Source: Thalia democratica (Eukaryota). Taken from it: a stretch of 64,000 bases of DNA. Under the pieces are notes generated by a model. That model saw only the letters and a list, made by a program, of their open reading frames with translations. It was not told where the DNA came from and did no database searches. A program made the translations under genes and the position numbers. Positions 37,330 through 53,368 of the stretch are shown one piece after another. The stretch is from assembly GCA_965202585.1 (NCBI GenBank), contig CBDBBG010000230.1, positions 1-64,000 on the forward strand. The letters run 5' to 3'. Position 1 is the first letter of the stretch. Each line of letters opens with the position of its first letter.

Positions 37330-39500
37330 ATAAGCTAAAGTTTATGCATGATAGTTTATTTGGTCTCATTGTAAAGTAATTATTTAGCAATCTAATAAAT
37401 ACAAGGGTTTCTCACGCACTGTTACTACTACTTATTAACTACTTCATATATTCACTTATAGACTTAAACTCTGAATGCTTACTTGATTGCTTTGTTTAAT
37501 CACTTATTTCAGACAACTTATTGTGTGTTTCTTAAAGTGTGCATACAATTTAAAGGTGTTTGATGTTTTGAACTTGTCATTTCAATACATTGTTACAAAC
37601 TAAAACAGTTAAGCCATACTACTTTGTGTCAATAACATATTTTTGGTAGTCATTTCAAAGTTTTTTAAATATTTGCATCTTAAACACTCTGCATTTAACA
37701 TCATTTAAAGTTTTCATAAACTAATTTTTATACTATTCCAAAAATTTAGTCTTTACTTTTGACATATACATAGAAAACAATGCAGCAAGTTGTTGATAAA
37801 AGCTTATTAGTGCATTAATATGAACAAAAGAAATTATAGATAGATAAAAGAAGAGAAAGAAGTTAGTAGTAGAAGAATATAAAAAATTAAACAAAGGTAA
37901 AAATTATACCACATATGCACTAACAACCTTTAAATTTTGCTTGCTGTGAACTGCTTTGTAAACTTAAAATTTTGGAACATATTGTTTACTGGCAAACCTA
38001 TTTCTGATATGGTTTAACTGTTTTCTTTTGTGAAAAAATTAATAAAACAGCTTACTTTTGAAACTAATAACAGTTTTGTTTTATAATTACTCTTGCAACT
38101 TATCTTTAATGCACACTTTAAGAAGTACTTCTTATTACAAATCATTAATCTATTAGTATATAAATTACATTAACACTATAAGAGTTAACCAATTTAAATT
38201 TTATGTTGTAAATAAATTTCTACAATTAGCTTGGGTTGCTGTCTCTTTGGGCTTCATCCATGAATACAATACTTCTTTACACAAGCTTATAAAATTTAAC
38301 ACAAATGTTGCTACTTTTTAATTAAGTTTTCTTTTAAGGTAGCCTATTAATCTTAGGAGAATGAAGCCCAACAAGACAATTATATGTTTATGGTATAAAT
38401 CCAGGTTACAACTCTATGAATAGAAAGTGATAGTCTGAATTTGTGCAAAACTTAACTAGCATCTAAAGTTTAATCTTATTCAAGTATGAGCACTCAAAAA
38501 ATTTAATATTAGCAAATGACTCAACCATTAATAAGTAGAAAATATAAAATTTGAAGACAAATTATAAAGATTTATTATAAATATCTAAAAATCTGAATAT
38601 TTATCTAACCTGACTGGTAACCCTGGCAAAAGTACCAAGTTTTGCACAAATTAAAACAATCTAATCAACTATTAAACAAACTAACCTCAACAGCTGCTGT
38701 AGTAGGTACTCAGCATCCCAAAAAAAAGTAATCCATTGCCTGAAATCAACATATAAGAAAAAGACATAGTTACAACTACAAAGGCTTTAAAAAAACCTCC
38801 GAAGTTTTAAAATTTTACAGAGGATCAAAAAAAATTAATTTCAATAGAATTCTTTAGAGCTTTTTTTTACTCAGTTCACCTTACAATTATGTTTCAAGCA
38901 TTTCAAAGACTGAGATTCAAGTTTTTAAAGCCTCTTGACGATTTTTTTCTAGCATCATGTAAGTGGATTCAAGCCTGTTGACCTTGTCTGAGCATTTTAT
39001 GTTGAACATGCTTGTAAGTATAACAAGCTTGCAACAATTTTTGTGAGTAAAGATACATGCATTCTATGATGAATTAGAAGATAAAATAAAAGACATTTTC
39101 AAAGGTTTTGCATGAGAAAAGCAATATTAATTATCAACATAAGCTTTCAAGACTGTTGATTTCCATACTGGATCAAATGTTTTCTTAAACCTACTCACAT
39201 AATAAAATGTTTTAGAAGATAAAATGATCAACATATATCAAGAACTAGTTTTATCTTCAACAATATTGACAATCAAATGGAGTTTGCTCAAGTATTTTAC
39301 AGAGCTCACATAAACAGTATAAAAAAGAAAAAAAAAATTTAGAGTTACTTTACACCTACAGCATCTAGAGCACTTACTACTACAAGTGCTTTTCTCATAA
39401 GAATTTTCATTGAAAAAAATTACTTTGCAAAATACTATTTCGTTGTGATGTCACAATAAAATGTAAGATTTTACAGAATTCATTAAAAACTACAAATGGA
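37330..39500 (-). pseudogene. Second, slightly less decayed copy of the minus-strand relic gene
   Basis: Aligns with 8,510-10,700. It retains Trp codons (QWITFFW; LYSWMKPK) where copy 1 has stops, and lacks the ~420 bp present at 8,090-8,510. Confidence 0.4.
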
Positions 39501-40471
39501 AACACTATGTTAGCATAGCAGGGTGGTTTTTAGCTTTTCGAACATAAAATACTTTTTACTTTACATATTGTTAAAGCTCAAACAGTTTTTTCGTACAAAC
39601 TTTATTGTTTAAATCTTATTTTCTTTTCTTTTTTTTTCTTTTTAAATAAGAATTGAAATTATTCTTCTTAATTTCTATCTTTTTTATTCCATAAGTGATA
39701 ACTGGTTGAACATATTGTTTAATATTTAAGCTACAGTAATTCATTACGCTCCTAGAAATTACATTGACACCTTTATAAAAGTATATAGTTTAAGTATTTA
39801 ACTCTCAACTTTGCGAAATTGTATTTTATTTGTTTTAAAGATGTTTTTTACTTAATAATTTCTATAAGATTAACTATATATAGCTTAAAGCCTATATTTT
39901 CATCAGATAATAGCATACATTTAATGTTTGTAAACTCATTTTACTTACTACTTAGTTTTTATCGTTTTACCATATTTGCCAAAACTACAAAGTTCTTCTT
40001 AGTCATTGATGTAACAACTTTTTGAAGCAGGTAGAAAAGAAAAAGCCATATTGTGCATAGTGAGCGAAAGATAAACAAAGACACCATAATAACAACTTTT
40101 ATGAATGAGTCTAACAAATAAAGATTATTCAAAAAATTTTGAAAATTCAAAAAATTCAAAAAAAAAAACCTCAAATTTTGAATAAAATTCACTAAGAAAC
40201 CCGGAAATATAAAATATTTTTACATGTTAAAGTAATTAAATTTTATTAGATAAAAAAATCTATCATTTAGATATAACGTTTTTTGTCATTTTCAAAATTT
40301 TTTTTAATAAAAAACCCATCTAAAGTAGTGATTTTACAGTATGGTTTCAATGACTTTATAATATTTTACACATTTTTTAACTTAATTTTAAACTAAAAAT
40401 AGACCCAAAAACGCGCACCAAAAACCTGAATAAAATTTCCCAAAAACAAGTAGCCACCCTGTATTAATTTC

Positions 40472-43400
40472 ATGGCTCCTAAAATAACATTTGAATTGAA
40501 TAATGGACAAACGATGTTTTATGCCGGTTCAGTTGTTGCTGGATTTGTCACAATCGAATTGTTTGAAGACTTGTCTAATGTCTTAGGTTACTTTTAAAGT
40601 AAAAGTTTTATTGAAACGTTTTTAAGTACAAATTTAAATACAGTTAAATTATTTTTTTATTTTTATATTTTCTTATTATTGCAAGTAACTACTACAACTA
40701 GTAATTATCATGCTGTAGTTTTAAATCAATAAAAGTTATCACTTCCTAAAAATATTATAAAATTAAAATTGATTTATTGCTAACTCTATTAGATATGTAT
40801 TAAAGCTTCTCTAACCACATGTTAATTTTTGAATACAATTGTATGTGTACTTTACTGAAAGCTTTATATCAATGTTATTCATTTCCAGTATTGCTCTAAA
40901 AGTTGTAAAACATTTTGAACTGCTAAAATTTAACGTAAACCTTATATTTATTGTTTAAAACTGAGTTGTGTTCAACAGAAGTGATTGTTCAAATGTCTGG
41001 AAAAGCTTTTGTGCACTGGTCAAGGGGAGGAGGTGATAGTCGTTCCAATTATTTTAACGAAGAGGATTACTTCAAATTACCCAATACTCTGCTACAAAGT
41101 ACTTTTGGCATTTCTAATAGTTTATGGTTTTTGTGATTAAATTATAACGACTTACAGATTTGCAAGATGACAAGTTGAGAAGGGGCGAACACAAATTTCC
41201 GTTTTCTTTTAAGATACCCCACAACGTACCAGCTTCTTTTAATTGTCAGTTTGTTTTTAAAAATTACTTTCAATTGCTAATGATGCTTTAAAAGTGTTTT
41301 TATTTTAAACCATTAAATCACACTGAACAACTAAGTTAAAATAGTTTTTAAGTATTGTGTAGTTTTACATTGTGGTTAGTTCTTTCTGTTTTCATTAGTG
41401 ATCAATAGTTTAGTATAGTCAATATTATCATTTAACTACTTAATTTTAGTAACTTTTCCTAATGACATTATAAATTTTAGATACTAAACGTTAAACTATT
41501 TACTAATCTTGTGATTTCTAAGTACTTGCCTTGTTTTTGTTTAGTATTCAAAAGTAAAACTCTAAAAAAGTATTTATTTAAAACCCTTGAAAGTTCAAAA
41601 AAAAAATTCAAAGGCTTTTGGGTTGCTCCTAATTTAAAGTACATAACTTTTCTATAGTTAATTATCTTATAAGTATTACACTAATACATGTTCCTGTGTG
41701 TTAACCGATTAACACACTTCAACGGAGCTATGATAATGAAGGTAATGTACTACCTTCATTTGTAATCTTAATGTAGTGTATGTAATCTTCATCGAAAATA
41801 AAAGGCATACAAAGTAATCTTATTAGTTTTTCTTCTTATATTAAGTTATTTAAAAGTTTTTGAAAATGTTAAACTTTAATAAAACAATTTATTTTATTAA
41901 AATAAATTTTATCGAAAAATACAATGTAAATGAGCTAATCTAAAGTTTTCTGTTTGAAATATCGTGAACTTGACATGAAATTAAAGTTAATATTTTCATA
42001 AACTTTACATGTTCAAAAATTTAATGGATTAGAACTAATGAGTAAAGTTATTGATTTTAACTTAACGGATAACGTATGAAAATTTGAAAATTAAAAGTTT
42101 TTAAATTTTTGAAACCGGATTAATTCGGTTTGGAATTGACTCTTGTGGGAATTGATTGGTGGGAGTTTATATAATTGGTTTTCTTCGGAATTGATTCGGT
42201 TGAAAATTAGTTTGTATGGGATTTTATTTCTTTAGAATTGATTCGAGTGGGAATTAGTTTGTATGGGAATTGATTCGGTTGGGAAATGTGCTCAGTTTGA
42301 AACTGAGCGGTTCCCGAATTGTCATACATCGCTGAAATGAATTTTTGTTTTCTTAATACTTGACAACTATGACATCCTTTAAAAATAAATAAATAGCATA
42401 ATTTGGATTTTTTACCAATTAAGCAAAACTTTTTAATTTTTTAGTTATAGTTAAATTAATAATTTAAAACTTATTGTATACAACACATTATATAATTAAA
42501 TATTTAATTTAAATATAAATAATATAAATGTAATAAATTTTCTATATAAATTTTTCTTAATTTTCTCATTATAACTAACTACATTACTTTAAAACTTTTA
42601 TACTTTTGGTTAAACTTTATTTAGTTTTTCGAGATATCTAGTTATTTTCAAATTTTACTTATAAATTTTAGGGATCATAGTGAGTTTTCATGTCTCATGC
42701 ACAAAAAAGAGAAACACATATTTATTTTACCGTAATTTACTAATTACAGTTTATTTATTCAAAAGGAGCATATGGTGGTAGTTGCTTAACATTTTTTGAA
42801 TTTTTAAGCTTCATTTAAAATAAAGCTACCTTAATGGTTGCAGTGTTAAAAAACAATTAACTTAATGAATACCGTTTTCAACACCTAATGTCTATTTATA
42901 AACAATTGTAGAATCTAAAAATTACTGAAATTACCATAAATTTTTTCTTCTTCAGTACTAAACTATTAAGAACTAAGAAAACTTTTAATTCATAGAAATT
43001 TAAAAAAAATCTTTCTACAGTTTCATGGGGTTCTACAATTGCATACGTGTACTATGGTTTAAAGTTGAAGATAATACGTCATGGTATGCATTTCAATGTG
43101 GAGAAAAAACACCAGATTACTGTTATCGGTAACACACTCATGTACGAATGTCCTGTGAATCCTATGGTTGGTTTATTTGTATTCTTTTTATTTAAGTTTA
43201 ATGGTTTATGTTGTTGTTTTTATTGAAGGTTACAGTAAACTCCGAAAATGTATTTTTTTTACAATTTTGTTACAAAAAATTACAGTTTATAAAAATACAG
43301 TCTTTGATAAAAAATTGGAACATTTTAATTGATAAGTTATTTATTTTTGTTCAATAAATCTTAAAATAAATTAACATGCATTCAAAGTACAGCACAAAAC

Positions 43401-46400
43401 AGGTAACGTTTGGCTTGAGAGTTAGATCTCTTCTACCAACAAAAATTTCTGGCTAGCAAAATTTTCTTTAGATTATAGTTAACGTGTAAAAAACAAATAA
43501 AATCAGGCTTGTTGATATTTTTTAATGCAAAGTAATGTTTATAAAACTATTATTTTCCATAAAGGTTTGCCTCTTACCTTTTTCAAATTTTTATATATTA
43601 AAATTACACAGCCCACTAAGACTTTTTTAAACAAGTCTGGCCCGCAACGGACTATTACTTTTGTTGAAAATTGCCCGCAGAGTAAACTAGTTTCTCATCC
43701 CTAGTATAAATGAATCCCTTTGATACCAAAAAAAGATTTGAAAACACAAAGTATATCATAGCTGTTGATTTTTACGACGAGAAATAAATTAATAACATAA
43801 AAAGCATCATGTTTGAAAATTAGAAACTGTATCGGGAAGTATAAAGCTTCTTGTATACTACACAACTTATATGCGAAATAATGTTTTAACTTTATAAGTA
43901 AATTTTTAAGAAGTTGCAAGAGTGCTTTAGGCAAACAGATTTATTTCTGTTATATTTTTTACATTCCAAAAATGTTTTTTGTATTATAAAGGTGATATAT
44001 TCTTTATATTTAGTTTAATTTACATAGCGCTGCATTGAATGCAGCTCTAAAAATAAGCTTTTCAACAACTTTTTGTATAGGAAATTTGTATATGTTTAAA
44101 ATGCAGCTGACACAGTTTTAGCTTGCAGCGCCAGCCATTTAACGAATATTTGAAAATTGAATGTAAGATTTGAAAAACTAACAAGTTTATCTATAAGTTC
44201 AAAGAAAAAAAAAAACAGAAAAACTGAAATAAAGGGAAATTTTCTTTTTTATTCTTTTTTTTTTGAATAGGTGGGACTACAGCTCCAGTGTGCCACCCCA
44301 CGCGACGCCCCTGGTTTAAGATACTTCTTGTTACTTGTGTTCAATTGTAGTTTTAGTAAGTGTGTCGTGTGATTATTTTACTTTTGTAAATAAACTTTTG
44401 TTGACTTTTAAATATCTTAGATGTATCTATCTTATTTAACCATATCTATCCCATTAAATTACCCCTAGCAATTTAGATTGGTTACATTAGACACCACGTC
44501 GGCATCTCTTATCGAGACATCACAAGTCATTTATGACACAATTAAATAAAAATGCAATAACATCTAAATGGAGACTGAAAACCATATTAACCAAACAAAA
44601 GATACTTTAAATAATTACATGGTTTTTGTAAACTAGACCTTTCTTCTAAAAACTCCATAAATTTATTCATAAAACATATTTCATAAATTTTCAAGATAAA
44701 CTTAGTAGAGGTGTTTAGAAAAAATCCTGGTTAGGCCTGAGCTATGCAGATAAGATTTCACTGAACTGAGGTGACCTGAGGAAAACCTTACTAAAATGAA
44801 ATGAATAAATTACCTACATGCATATTTATTTTTTATATTCTCGTAAGATAAAAGCCAAAATTTTATTTGAACCGAATTAGGTTCACGAGCATACATAAAG
44901 AACTAAACATATAATGAATAAGTAAAAGAGCGGTTATCCAAAATGCTGAGATTAAAAGCCTTAATTATGTACTTAATTAATTTAAGAGTCTAACAAAAAT
45001 GATTTATCATAGTTTTATACTGCGTGTAAAACTCTAGATCAAAGTTTAGAAGTTTTTTATAAGTTTGAAAAAGCACTGTTTTATTCACTCAAGCGTGAAG
45101 CCATTAATTAGTTTTACATTTCATTTAACCTTTGACAAACAATAAAGTACAATTCAAAAAATTTAAAAAGTATATAAATTTCGAGTTCGAATCTTGGATT
45201 CGGTAGATCAATACTTTTGTCTCCCTTTTATTTTTGACTAATTAAATTTTAACTTTTGGTTTATTTAAATATCTTAAACTAAAACAAATTCTATTTGAAA
45301 TCATTTTATGGCAAAAAAAAGCTAGTAACACACACTATAACAACTCCATTTGAAATATATGTACCTTAAATCAGCCTAATAAACGTAGGAACCAGTAGTT
45401 GCCAGGGCAACGAAGTCCATATGTTGTTGGTGCTGCAAAACTGGACCAATCACCGCTGAGATACAACTCAATAAAACTGGATTCGTTCCCGGTGAAACGG
45501 TGTACTGCAATATCAACATCGAAAATTTGAGGTTTTTAATTTTTTTAATATTTTCGAAAATTAATCCAACATGAGTAAATAGCCATTGAATTAATTTCAC
45601 TTTACAAGCCACAGATATTCAGGACACCAAAAACAAATGTATTTAACTTGTATTGACGCTTATTAACAAAAAAATATTCTATAGAAATGTTTCGCTCATC
45701 GAGGTGATCTGTATAAATCAAAAGATCTTATAATATTGAATAAATTAATTTCTTAATTCGTTTGATTTACAACTAGAAGCATTACTAAGTTTATATGTGA
45801 AAATTTTAAACGTTTTTAACCCAATATTTTTATTTCTTTATTTAAGCATTAAGTAGAATTCAAACTGTTTATTTAACTTTTACAAAACTTATCATAGAAC
45901 TTGAAAGATTTTAACAGTTTTTCAAAGTTTATATAATTATTCTCTTTAAGCTAAAATGTTAAATTTAAATATTCATCAAGTTTGTTTTTGCTTTTTAGTG
46001 TTTTCGCTATTCTATTTCACAATTAGTTTTTAGAACTTTAATGTTTTAAACAAAGGATAAATGTATGTTTTTTGTGTACTGTATTTTTTACACAAAATTT
46101 ATTTATTCTTTCATTGTTATAAAGTTAAATTTATTGTGTTAAATTATGATGCGAGGGTTTTGTTACCAACAAACTATTTTTGCTTTTTACTCAATCTTAC
46201 AAACACAAAATTACTGTTTCAAATTTCAGCGCAACAAAACTAGTGGTTGCCAGATTGAATTTGAAGAGAAGTGTGTTTTTGAAGTGTGGAGCGGCAGGCG
46301 AGAATTTTAGTGATCGCCTAATTAAACTGGACTTGTACGGATGCAAAAGCAGAAAGGTTCTTGTTCTCAACAATGTTCCTTTTCAGGTTTGTCAATTGTT

Positions 46401-49383
46401 TTCTAATGCTTTATCATTGTATTTATTTAATTCAATCGTTTTAGGTATTTGCATGCTTTTAAAATCTAAGTTTTTAATTTGTTGTTTATTTTTATACTTT
46501 AGAATGTAAATTTTAGATTAAGAATTAACTTCAAAATACATTAATTTTATACCTTGTTTAAATAATATTTTTTGCAACAAAAAACTTTTATTAAAAAATA
46601 TTAATAAAATTTCTTTAGTTTAAAATTTATTTTAGCCATATCTCTAAAAATGTTTACAAAACTTTAAAAGATAAAAATCTTTTGTAGGATTTTATTAGAC
46701 CTACACACGCAACTTTTCTTTTTTAAAATATGCTGTTTTTTGAGTTGTGGCGCTTTAAAAATAATCTAATGATTGGTTTGTCCGAATTTTTAATGTCCTG
46801 TACCAAGCTTTTTTATGTTGTAACTTACAATTTGAATATAAAATCAAAAAGTTGAATTGCTACTTAAGAATAGGTGTTTATACAAATATTTTAACAAAAA
46901 TAATGAAAAACATTTTAAGTTTAAACTTAATACCAAAGGATTACCCTGTTTTTGTGCAGATTATTACTAATAGTGTTTTTTATTTTGTATAAAAATTATG
47001 AAATATTTATAAATACCTGCATTAACTTTTTTTTAATAAATTATAACTGTGTTTTATAAAACATAGTCCATCCGAATAACAAAAAAATTTGTTTGTTTTA
47101 GTTATAAAATACCGTTTTTATGATCATATGTATTTATAACACAGCTTTTTGTTTATTTGACTTTTTCTATAAAGTGTTAAAAAAGCATTATAAAATTCAA
47201 TAAATAATTGCAGTTACCAGTAGACCTTGCACCTTCAATGCTACCGTTCTGTTATATAATAAAACCGAACTATTTCCTTGAGGTTAGATTGAAGTATATT
47301 ATATTTTTTATGACTTATATGCTATGCTATTTCAAGCGCTTTCAATGAATATCATTTTTGGAAATAAAAAATGGAAAAAATATTTTTTCGGCTGTAATGT
47401 GGTTTAAGTAAGAAATATCTTTAGAAAATTAGTAAAATGAATCCATTTTTTTGTATATTTTAAGGTATGAGAATTTAATTAAAAAAATTTAATTTTGAAA
47501 AGCATTATAGTTTTGATATAGTATGTTTTAGTGATATTTATAGTTCTTCGTATACCATATATATACGACAAAAAATAGTAAGTAAAATTTTAACAACTCA
47601 CAGAATTAGTATTTTTTTTGTTTCAAACGTATATTCTAAGGTTAGGCTTCATAATAGATTTGAGTATATAAATTCAAAATATTCTAATCAGTATTACTGT
47701 ACTTTTCTAATATAAGACTGTCAAAATACTTTACTGCTAATTGAACATACTCTTCCCAATAGCCACACATAAACAAGGCATCTTATTGAATAAAGCTATT
47801 ATCTCAAAATAAGTTTACACTCATATAAGTTTATATCAAAATTAGTTTAAATCTAAATAAGTTCATTAAAATATAATTTATTGATATTAAACAGCATTTA
47901 TAACTTGTTACTACCAAGGTATAAATAATTTTTTACCATGAAAACTTTTTTTAAATACTTACATGAATGCTAAAACAAATTATGTAAAAAAAGCTTTATT
48001 TCAACAGTTTACAATCTTTTTTTTTTGCTTTTGTACAATATCAAAACACTGATAAGTTATTTGCATTAAAAAAAAAGTTAAATATTTAGTGCTCAAAACT
48101 ACAGGTTTTTAGCATCTTTTTTCGCAATTAACAAATTGAATTAGCTAATATACTCAGTTTTGTTTTCCATTTATTGGTAGTATTATATTTTTTTCTTAAA
48201 AAAATGGTAATATCTGTTTTTATTTTATACTTTGATACTTTTGGTTTCATTTATAACTTAATATTAATTTTTTTTCTTTATTTTTCACCTTTGTACTTTA
48301 GTGAGCATAGAAATTGATTCATTGTTCACAAAAATTTCTTATTTAACCTGTCAGTGGTTGTTAGTTTAGAGAACTGTAGTTTAAAGAAAAATATACAAAT
48401 AATCAGTTGGCAAATGATTCTTGTCACGGTTGCCAAAAAACTTGGTGTCCTGGAATTTGATAATTTAGACAAAAAAAAACTGAAAGACCTGGAATTTTAG
48501 AAATATTGAAAAAAAAACATTGAATTTTTAACAAAAATCATTTAGAAATCTGAATTTTTAGTTATGTTTACTTTTAAAATATATATTTTTTTTTGTTTTA
48601 CATAAGAAAAATTTATCATTTTTTTTTATTTAAACTGGTAATGGAGGTAAACATGTGAGTTTAAAAAAAAAGTGCAAGTAAAAGCAATGAATGTTACATT
48701 TTTCTGAAATTATCTTCATTAATTTAAGCTTGAAAAAATTCTGTTAATACTCATTCTATTAAGTTTCGTGTTTTGTCAAGTCTAGATTTTACTTAAAGCT
48801 AGTTGAATTAAAACTCCTTGTGTTTAAAATTTATTATCAATAAAATCTGAAACGACAACAAGCATAAGTACAAACAAACGTTCCTAATACAAACTTTTAT
48901 AATAATAAAATGAGCTCGAGTTCAGTTATTCTGCACTAGTACGTTTTTAAAGCTCGGAGGCTGCTGCCAAAAAACGTCATATAAACAATTTAGTACTGTG
49001 TTTAAAAATCAGTGAGTACTTATTGCAAATGCTTTTTACACTTAATTTGTCAAATTAAATTTTGTAACAAATATCTACATGTGTGCATCCCAGCTTGAAG
49101 GAGTATTAGGCAATTGTCGCAACAACCTGAGGGCTTCGTGTCAACTGTACGTTGCTGGTGTCACTGGGCGTTAGTTGATTTGTATGAACTATCTGAGTTA
49201 AATAAAAAAAAAACTATTTTTTTATTTTACTTAACAACCGTTACAACTAGTGATTAAAAAACCATTTGTTTCACAGCTGGTTACGCGCAACCATTAGCAA
49301 GCGACCAGCCACCAAGTAACCAACCATCATTAGCTGAACCATCTGTACCACCTCCAGCATACCAACCACTTAATAATGCCTAG
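40472..49383 (+). CDS. ARRDC: Alpha-arrestin (arrestin domain-containing protein), 9 coding exons, 339 aa, copy 2
   Basis: Exons 40472-40586, 40979-41098, 41158-41244, 43021-43166, 45389-45531, 46230-46386, 47214-47282, 49094-49169, 49277-49383. Splice sites match copy 1 and no exonic difference was noticed by eye. Confidence 0.93.
42112..42330. mobile_element. Minisatellite-bearing element in intron 3, copy 2
   Basis: Duplicate of 13,305-13,523. Confidence 0.55.
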
Positions 49384-52256
49384 CTAAAAAGTTATTTTAG
49401 AATTTTTGAGAATCTAATTGAACTTGTTAATGCGACTTTTTTTGTTTGTAAAATGCTCACTGTAAAAAATAGAGTTAGTTACATCTGTTTGAATACTACT
49501 TAGTCATCATTAGGATAATAATAATTGCACTTTTTATACTGCTCTATGAAGTGTTTGCGTCTTTAAAATAGTTATATTATAGCAACTTTCGAAAAAAAAT
49601 TTAAGGCTTTAATTTTAATGGTTTTTAAAACTAACTACTTATTTACTTTCAATTAAGTTTTTCACTTTTTTTTAAACTTAACTACTTAATTTGTTAAAAC
49701 TTAGTTTGTGATATTGGATTTTTATTTATTGGAAATACATTTATTAATTATTTCGTAATATACTTTTTAGGAACTTAATTTTTATAATTCTTACAAAAAA
49801 TAAATTTAAGATTGCCATAAACCGTAAGGTGTAGTTTTTTTGTATTAATTGATTATAAATAAAAGAAAAAGGTGTTTTGGTTTAAATAGGTAGATTTTTA
49901 AACGTTAGTTTATTCAAGCACTTTACTTTTAGAAAGTATAACATATAGTTTACCAGCCGTACCACATATAAGCAACGTAAACCTTTATAAGTTTAAACTT
50001 TAAAACGATAACCCATAATTTATTTACAATTTCTTTAAACGTAAAGTACATTTATATGACCCTAATAATTGTTACTAACAATCATAATATTTTTGTAGAT
50101 ATAAAATGTTTTTTAATTTATTACGTGTGCAGACGGGAAAGGGTTCTACAACAAGATCCACAAAATAAGGATCCGGATATAAGTGGAAAAAGGCCGTATC
50201 TCGCTTTTAAATAAGTAAATTAAAATTAACTTTAAGTATTAAATAAATGATTATGATTAAGTTATTTTAAACTAGCAGTTCAATGAGTTAGATAGTGTCG
50301 TCTATTGTGTTTTGTAAAGTTATCTATTTTAAACATTACCTAATGCTCGAAACAGAGTATGTTCCAACAAACTTTAAGTGTAAAACTGAATTTAACAAAT
50401 AATTGAGCTACTTTTGTAAGCCAGTGCAACAATATTACTAGATGAAATGAAGTGTTCGAGGTCTATTAAAAGTTGAATTGTATTTAGTTATTTAATACAG
50501 ATGAAAAACTGAGAATGTAATTACTCCAATGAAGACAAGTGTAGTCAAACTTAGAGCTTTTTATAAGGAAAACTAGTGAAAGATATTGGATAAACTGACA
50601 AAAAAAAAAAAGTTGTGTGAAATTCTATTTAGTCTTTACTTCACTAAGTTTAAATTAAGCAACTTGTTTGAACAAGTATGTTGCAGACATTTAATAATCA
50701 AGAACTGAAGAACATTTGCCTAAACTAAAAATTTTCAGTCTTTGGCAGCGATTCTTAACCTGGAGTAAATTTACCCCTTGTTTACCAGATCTATTGACAA
50801 TCTTTACTTTAAATATGTAAATTAAAGTTTATAAATATTGTTTTTAGTTAATATATTAGTGTTTTTTGGTCTTTTTAAAAGCTAAACAAACTCATAAAAA
50901 ATTACGGTTTTTTATATTTAATAAACATGAATTTCAAAAAAAAGTTTACTTTAGAGTTACTTAAATCTAGTTTACAAAGCTTATTGATTTGTGTAGTACT
51001 TAAACAATAGTATATAAGAGAACCCTTAGCTGCAATAAACATAAAAATAAATGTTTATACGGACACCAAGGTTTAGCTTAACTTTACAAACTATATTAAC
51101 ACGTACGAAAGTACTTATGAAACTGTCAAAGTAAGTAATGTTTAATTAACTGTTAAAGAACTAATTAAATTAATATACTTTATAAAAAAGAAGTCTTTTT
51201 CTAAAGACCAAAAAAACTGTAGTCTCTAAAATTTATGCAAAAAATTGAATGATAATGAACAAGTAAAATTTTTTTTTGATTTTTTGTCCTTTTCTTTTTA
51301 AACTTGCTAATACTTAAAAATAAACATTTTCATCGTTTCTGGTGGAAAATTTCATGCTAAAAAACACCAAAAAAATTATCAAAACGATCAAAAATAAGGT
51401 TTTTATCAAATTTTACAATCACGCTACTTTCTTATGGCAAATTTAAGCAGGAAAATTAATTTTAACACGTGGTTTCTCTTCTCTCGCTTTGAAATTTTTA
51501 AGCCAATTATAAAATTTTAGCTATAACTATTTTAAACCTTTTAATTTTCAATAAAAAAGTTTTACTATCGTTTTCAGCCCAAAATTCTGCTTTAAAAAAC
51601 ACCAAACACTTTTTAAAAAGGATGAAAAATAAGCTTTAAAACTTCAAATCTTTGAATTTGAACTATTTGGTTTTTCGAATACCTTTCAAACTTGTATGTG
51701 TTTGCATTATATGAGTTAGAAGTTAAAAACTATAAGTTCGCATTTTTTTGATCCCATACATTTTGCATTGTGCGGGTAATTAGAAAATCAGTTTGAGGTA
51801 AGGTGAAAGTTTTTTTAAATCATCTAAAATTATGCAAAGGGTGTTTTTATGATACTTTCGAAACTTTAAATTTTTTCCAAAATCAAAAGTACCTGTAAAA
51901 ATAAGCACCTTAGTAACCAGATAAAAACTTGGTCAGCACAGAAGAATTTTCACCAAGGCATAACTTTTCTAACAATGTTTCTAACCATATTTCAGTTCTT
52001 TGTGTTTGTTTTTAATGACATAAGAACTATTTTATTCATTGTATTCTTTGAAGTAAGTTTATTCTATTCGTTGATATTTATAAAAACATTCTGTTACGGA
52101 AGTACAATTGTAAGAACAGAATTTTTAAAATTAAACCATTTATAGTTTATACATAGCTGTTGTACAAGCTACTTTTGTACATAAAAAAATTAAAGAATAA
52201 TCTAAGATACTGACCAATTAAACCTAAAACAATTTGATAACACTTTATCATCAAAA

Positions 52257-52425
52257 TGTGCCGACAGCAGGACTCGATCTCACTACCTCCGGTTTTCGAT
52301 TCCGACTGACATTCACTGAACTACACAACCACTTGTATATGGTCTTCAATGTTGGTATATAAAGTTAACAAAATACTACATACTTTGATTTTCACAAAAC
52401 AAATAAAAAGATCTCAATTACTAGA
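52257..52425 (-). repeat. tRNA-derived repeat (a), copy 2
   Basis: Duplicate of 23,452-23,620. Confidence 0.6.
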
Positions 52426-53368
52426 GGAGAAATATTATATTTTATTCTTATAAGACAATATTATAAAAGATATGTTTCGGTAAGTGCTTGAATAAATATA
52501 GAATACTTCGTTTTAAACAAGTTTGTTTAGCTATTATTTTCTAACTTTTCTATAAATTGTTAATATACTTTATTATAAATTGTAAATATTATATTCAATA
52601 CAAACGCGTGCCGATATGACATGCTGTGCTTTATAGTTGGTTTGTTTTTAGTTTGTAATTAAAAATTTGTTTTTATGACTGAATTAATTCATTAGTTCAG
52701 TTAAGTGGAATTTATGTCTGAACGGAGCATTAGTACGGCTTCTATTGTAAAGTATTGTTCTATTGTTAAGTTCTACCACTCGGCCATCACTGCTTGTTGA
52801 TTAACTTGATTTGAAATATATATTCTTATGAGAAAGGAGTATAAAGGTGGAAATTGTGTTACGGTCAGAACGAAGCGTGTCCCTTTAATTGGAGGACATT
52901 TCTGTTTTTAAAATAATATTTATTCTATGATATTAATTTTAGAAATACAACATTAGAGATGTGTTGACTTTAATATGTTAGTTTAAGGTTCAAATTAACA
53001 TTGAAAGTAAGAACAAATTTGTGACAGAGTTTTTTATTAAACACTAAAGGTGTGCACAAAACAGCTTTACTGTGCTTAAATTATCTATTTCTTATTTAAA
53101 ACTAGTTAATACTAAACATTTAAAAGTTACTCCATGTTGCACTCCTTTATTGTATTTATACTCCTAAAGCAAACTTAAATACAAGGCTTTGGACATGTTT
53201 TTAATTGAAACAACCTAAATATATAAAAGATATTTAGAGAATAATAATAAAGTACTTTTTTTTATATATTTTAAGCGGTAGAAGCTAATTGACTTTAAAA
53301 TTATTTCATATAATATTTTCAAATAATTTTACCTAAAAGAACTTGCTGAAATATTATCATTTAAAATT

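Larger units (their letters stand above)
10350..39156. repeat. Tandem segmental duplication unit 1 (~28.8 kb)
   Basis: Sequence recurs at offset +28,807 drifting to +28,804/28,805, consistent with paired ORFs in the track (11012/39819, 14895/43701, 30283/59088). Only scattered SNPs and homopolymer indels were seen. Confidence 0.97.
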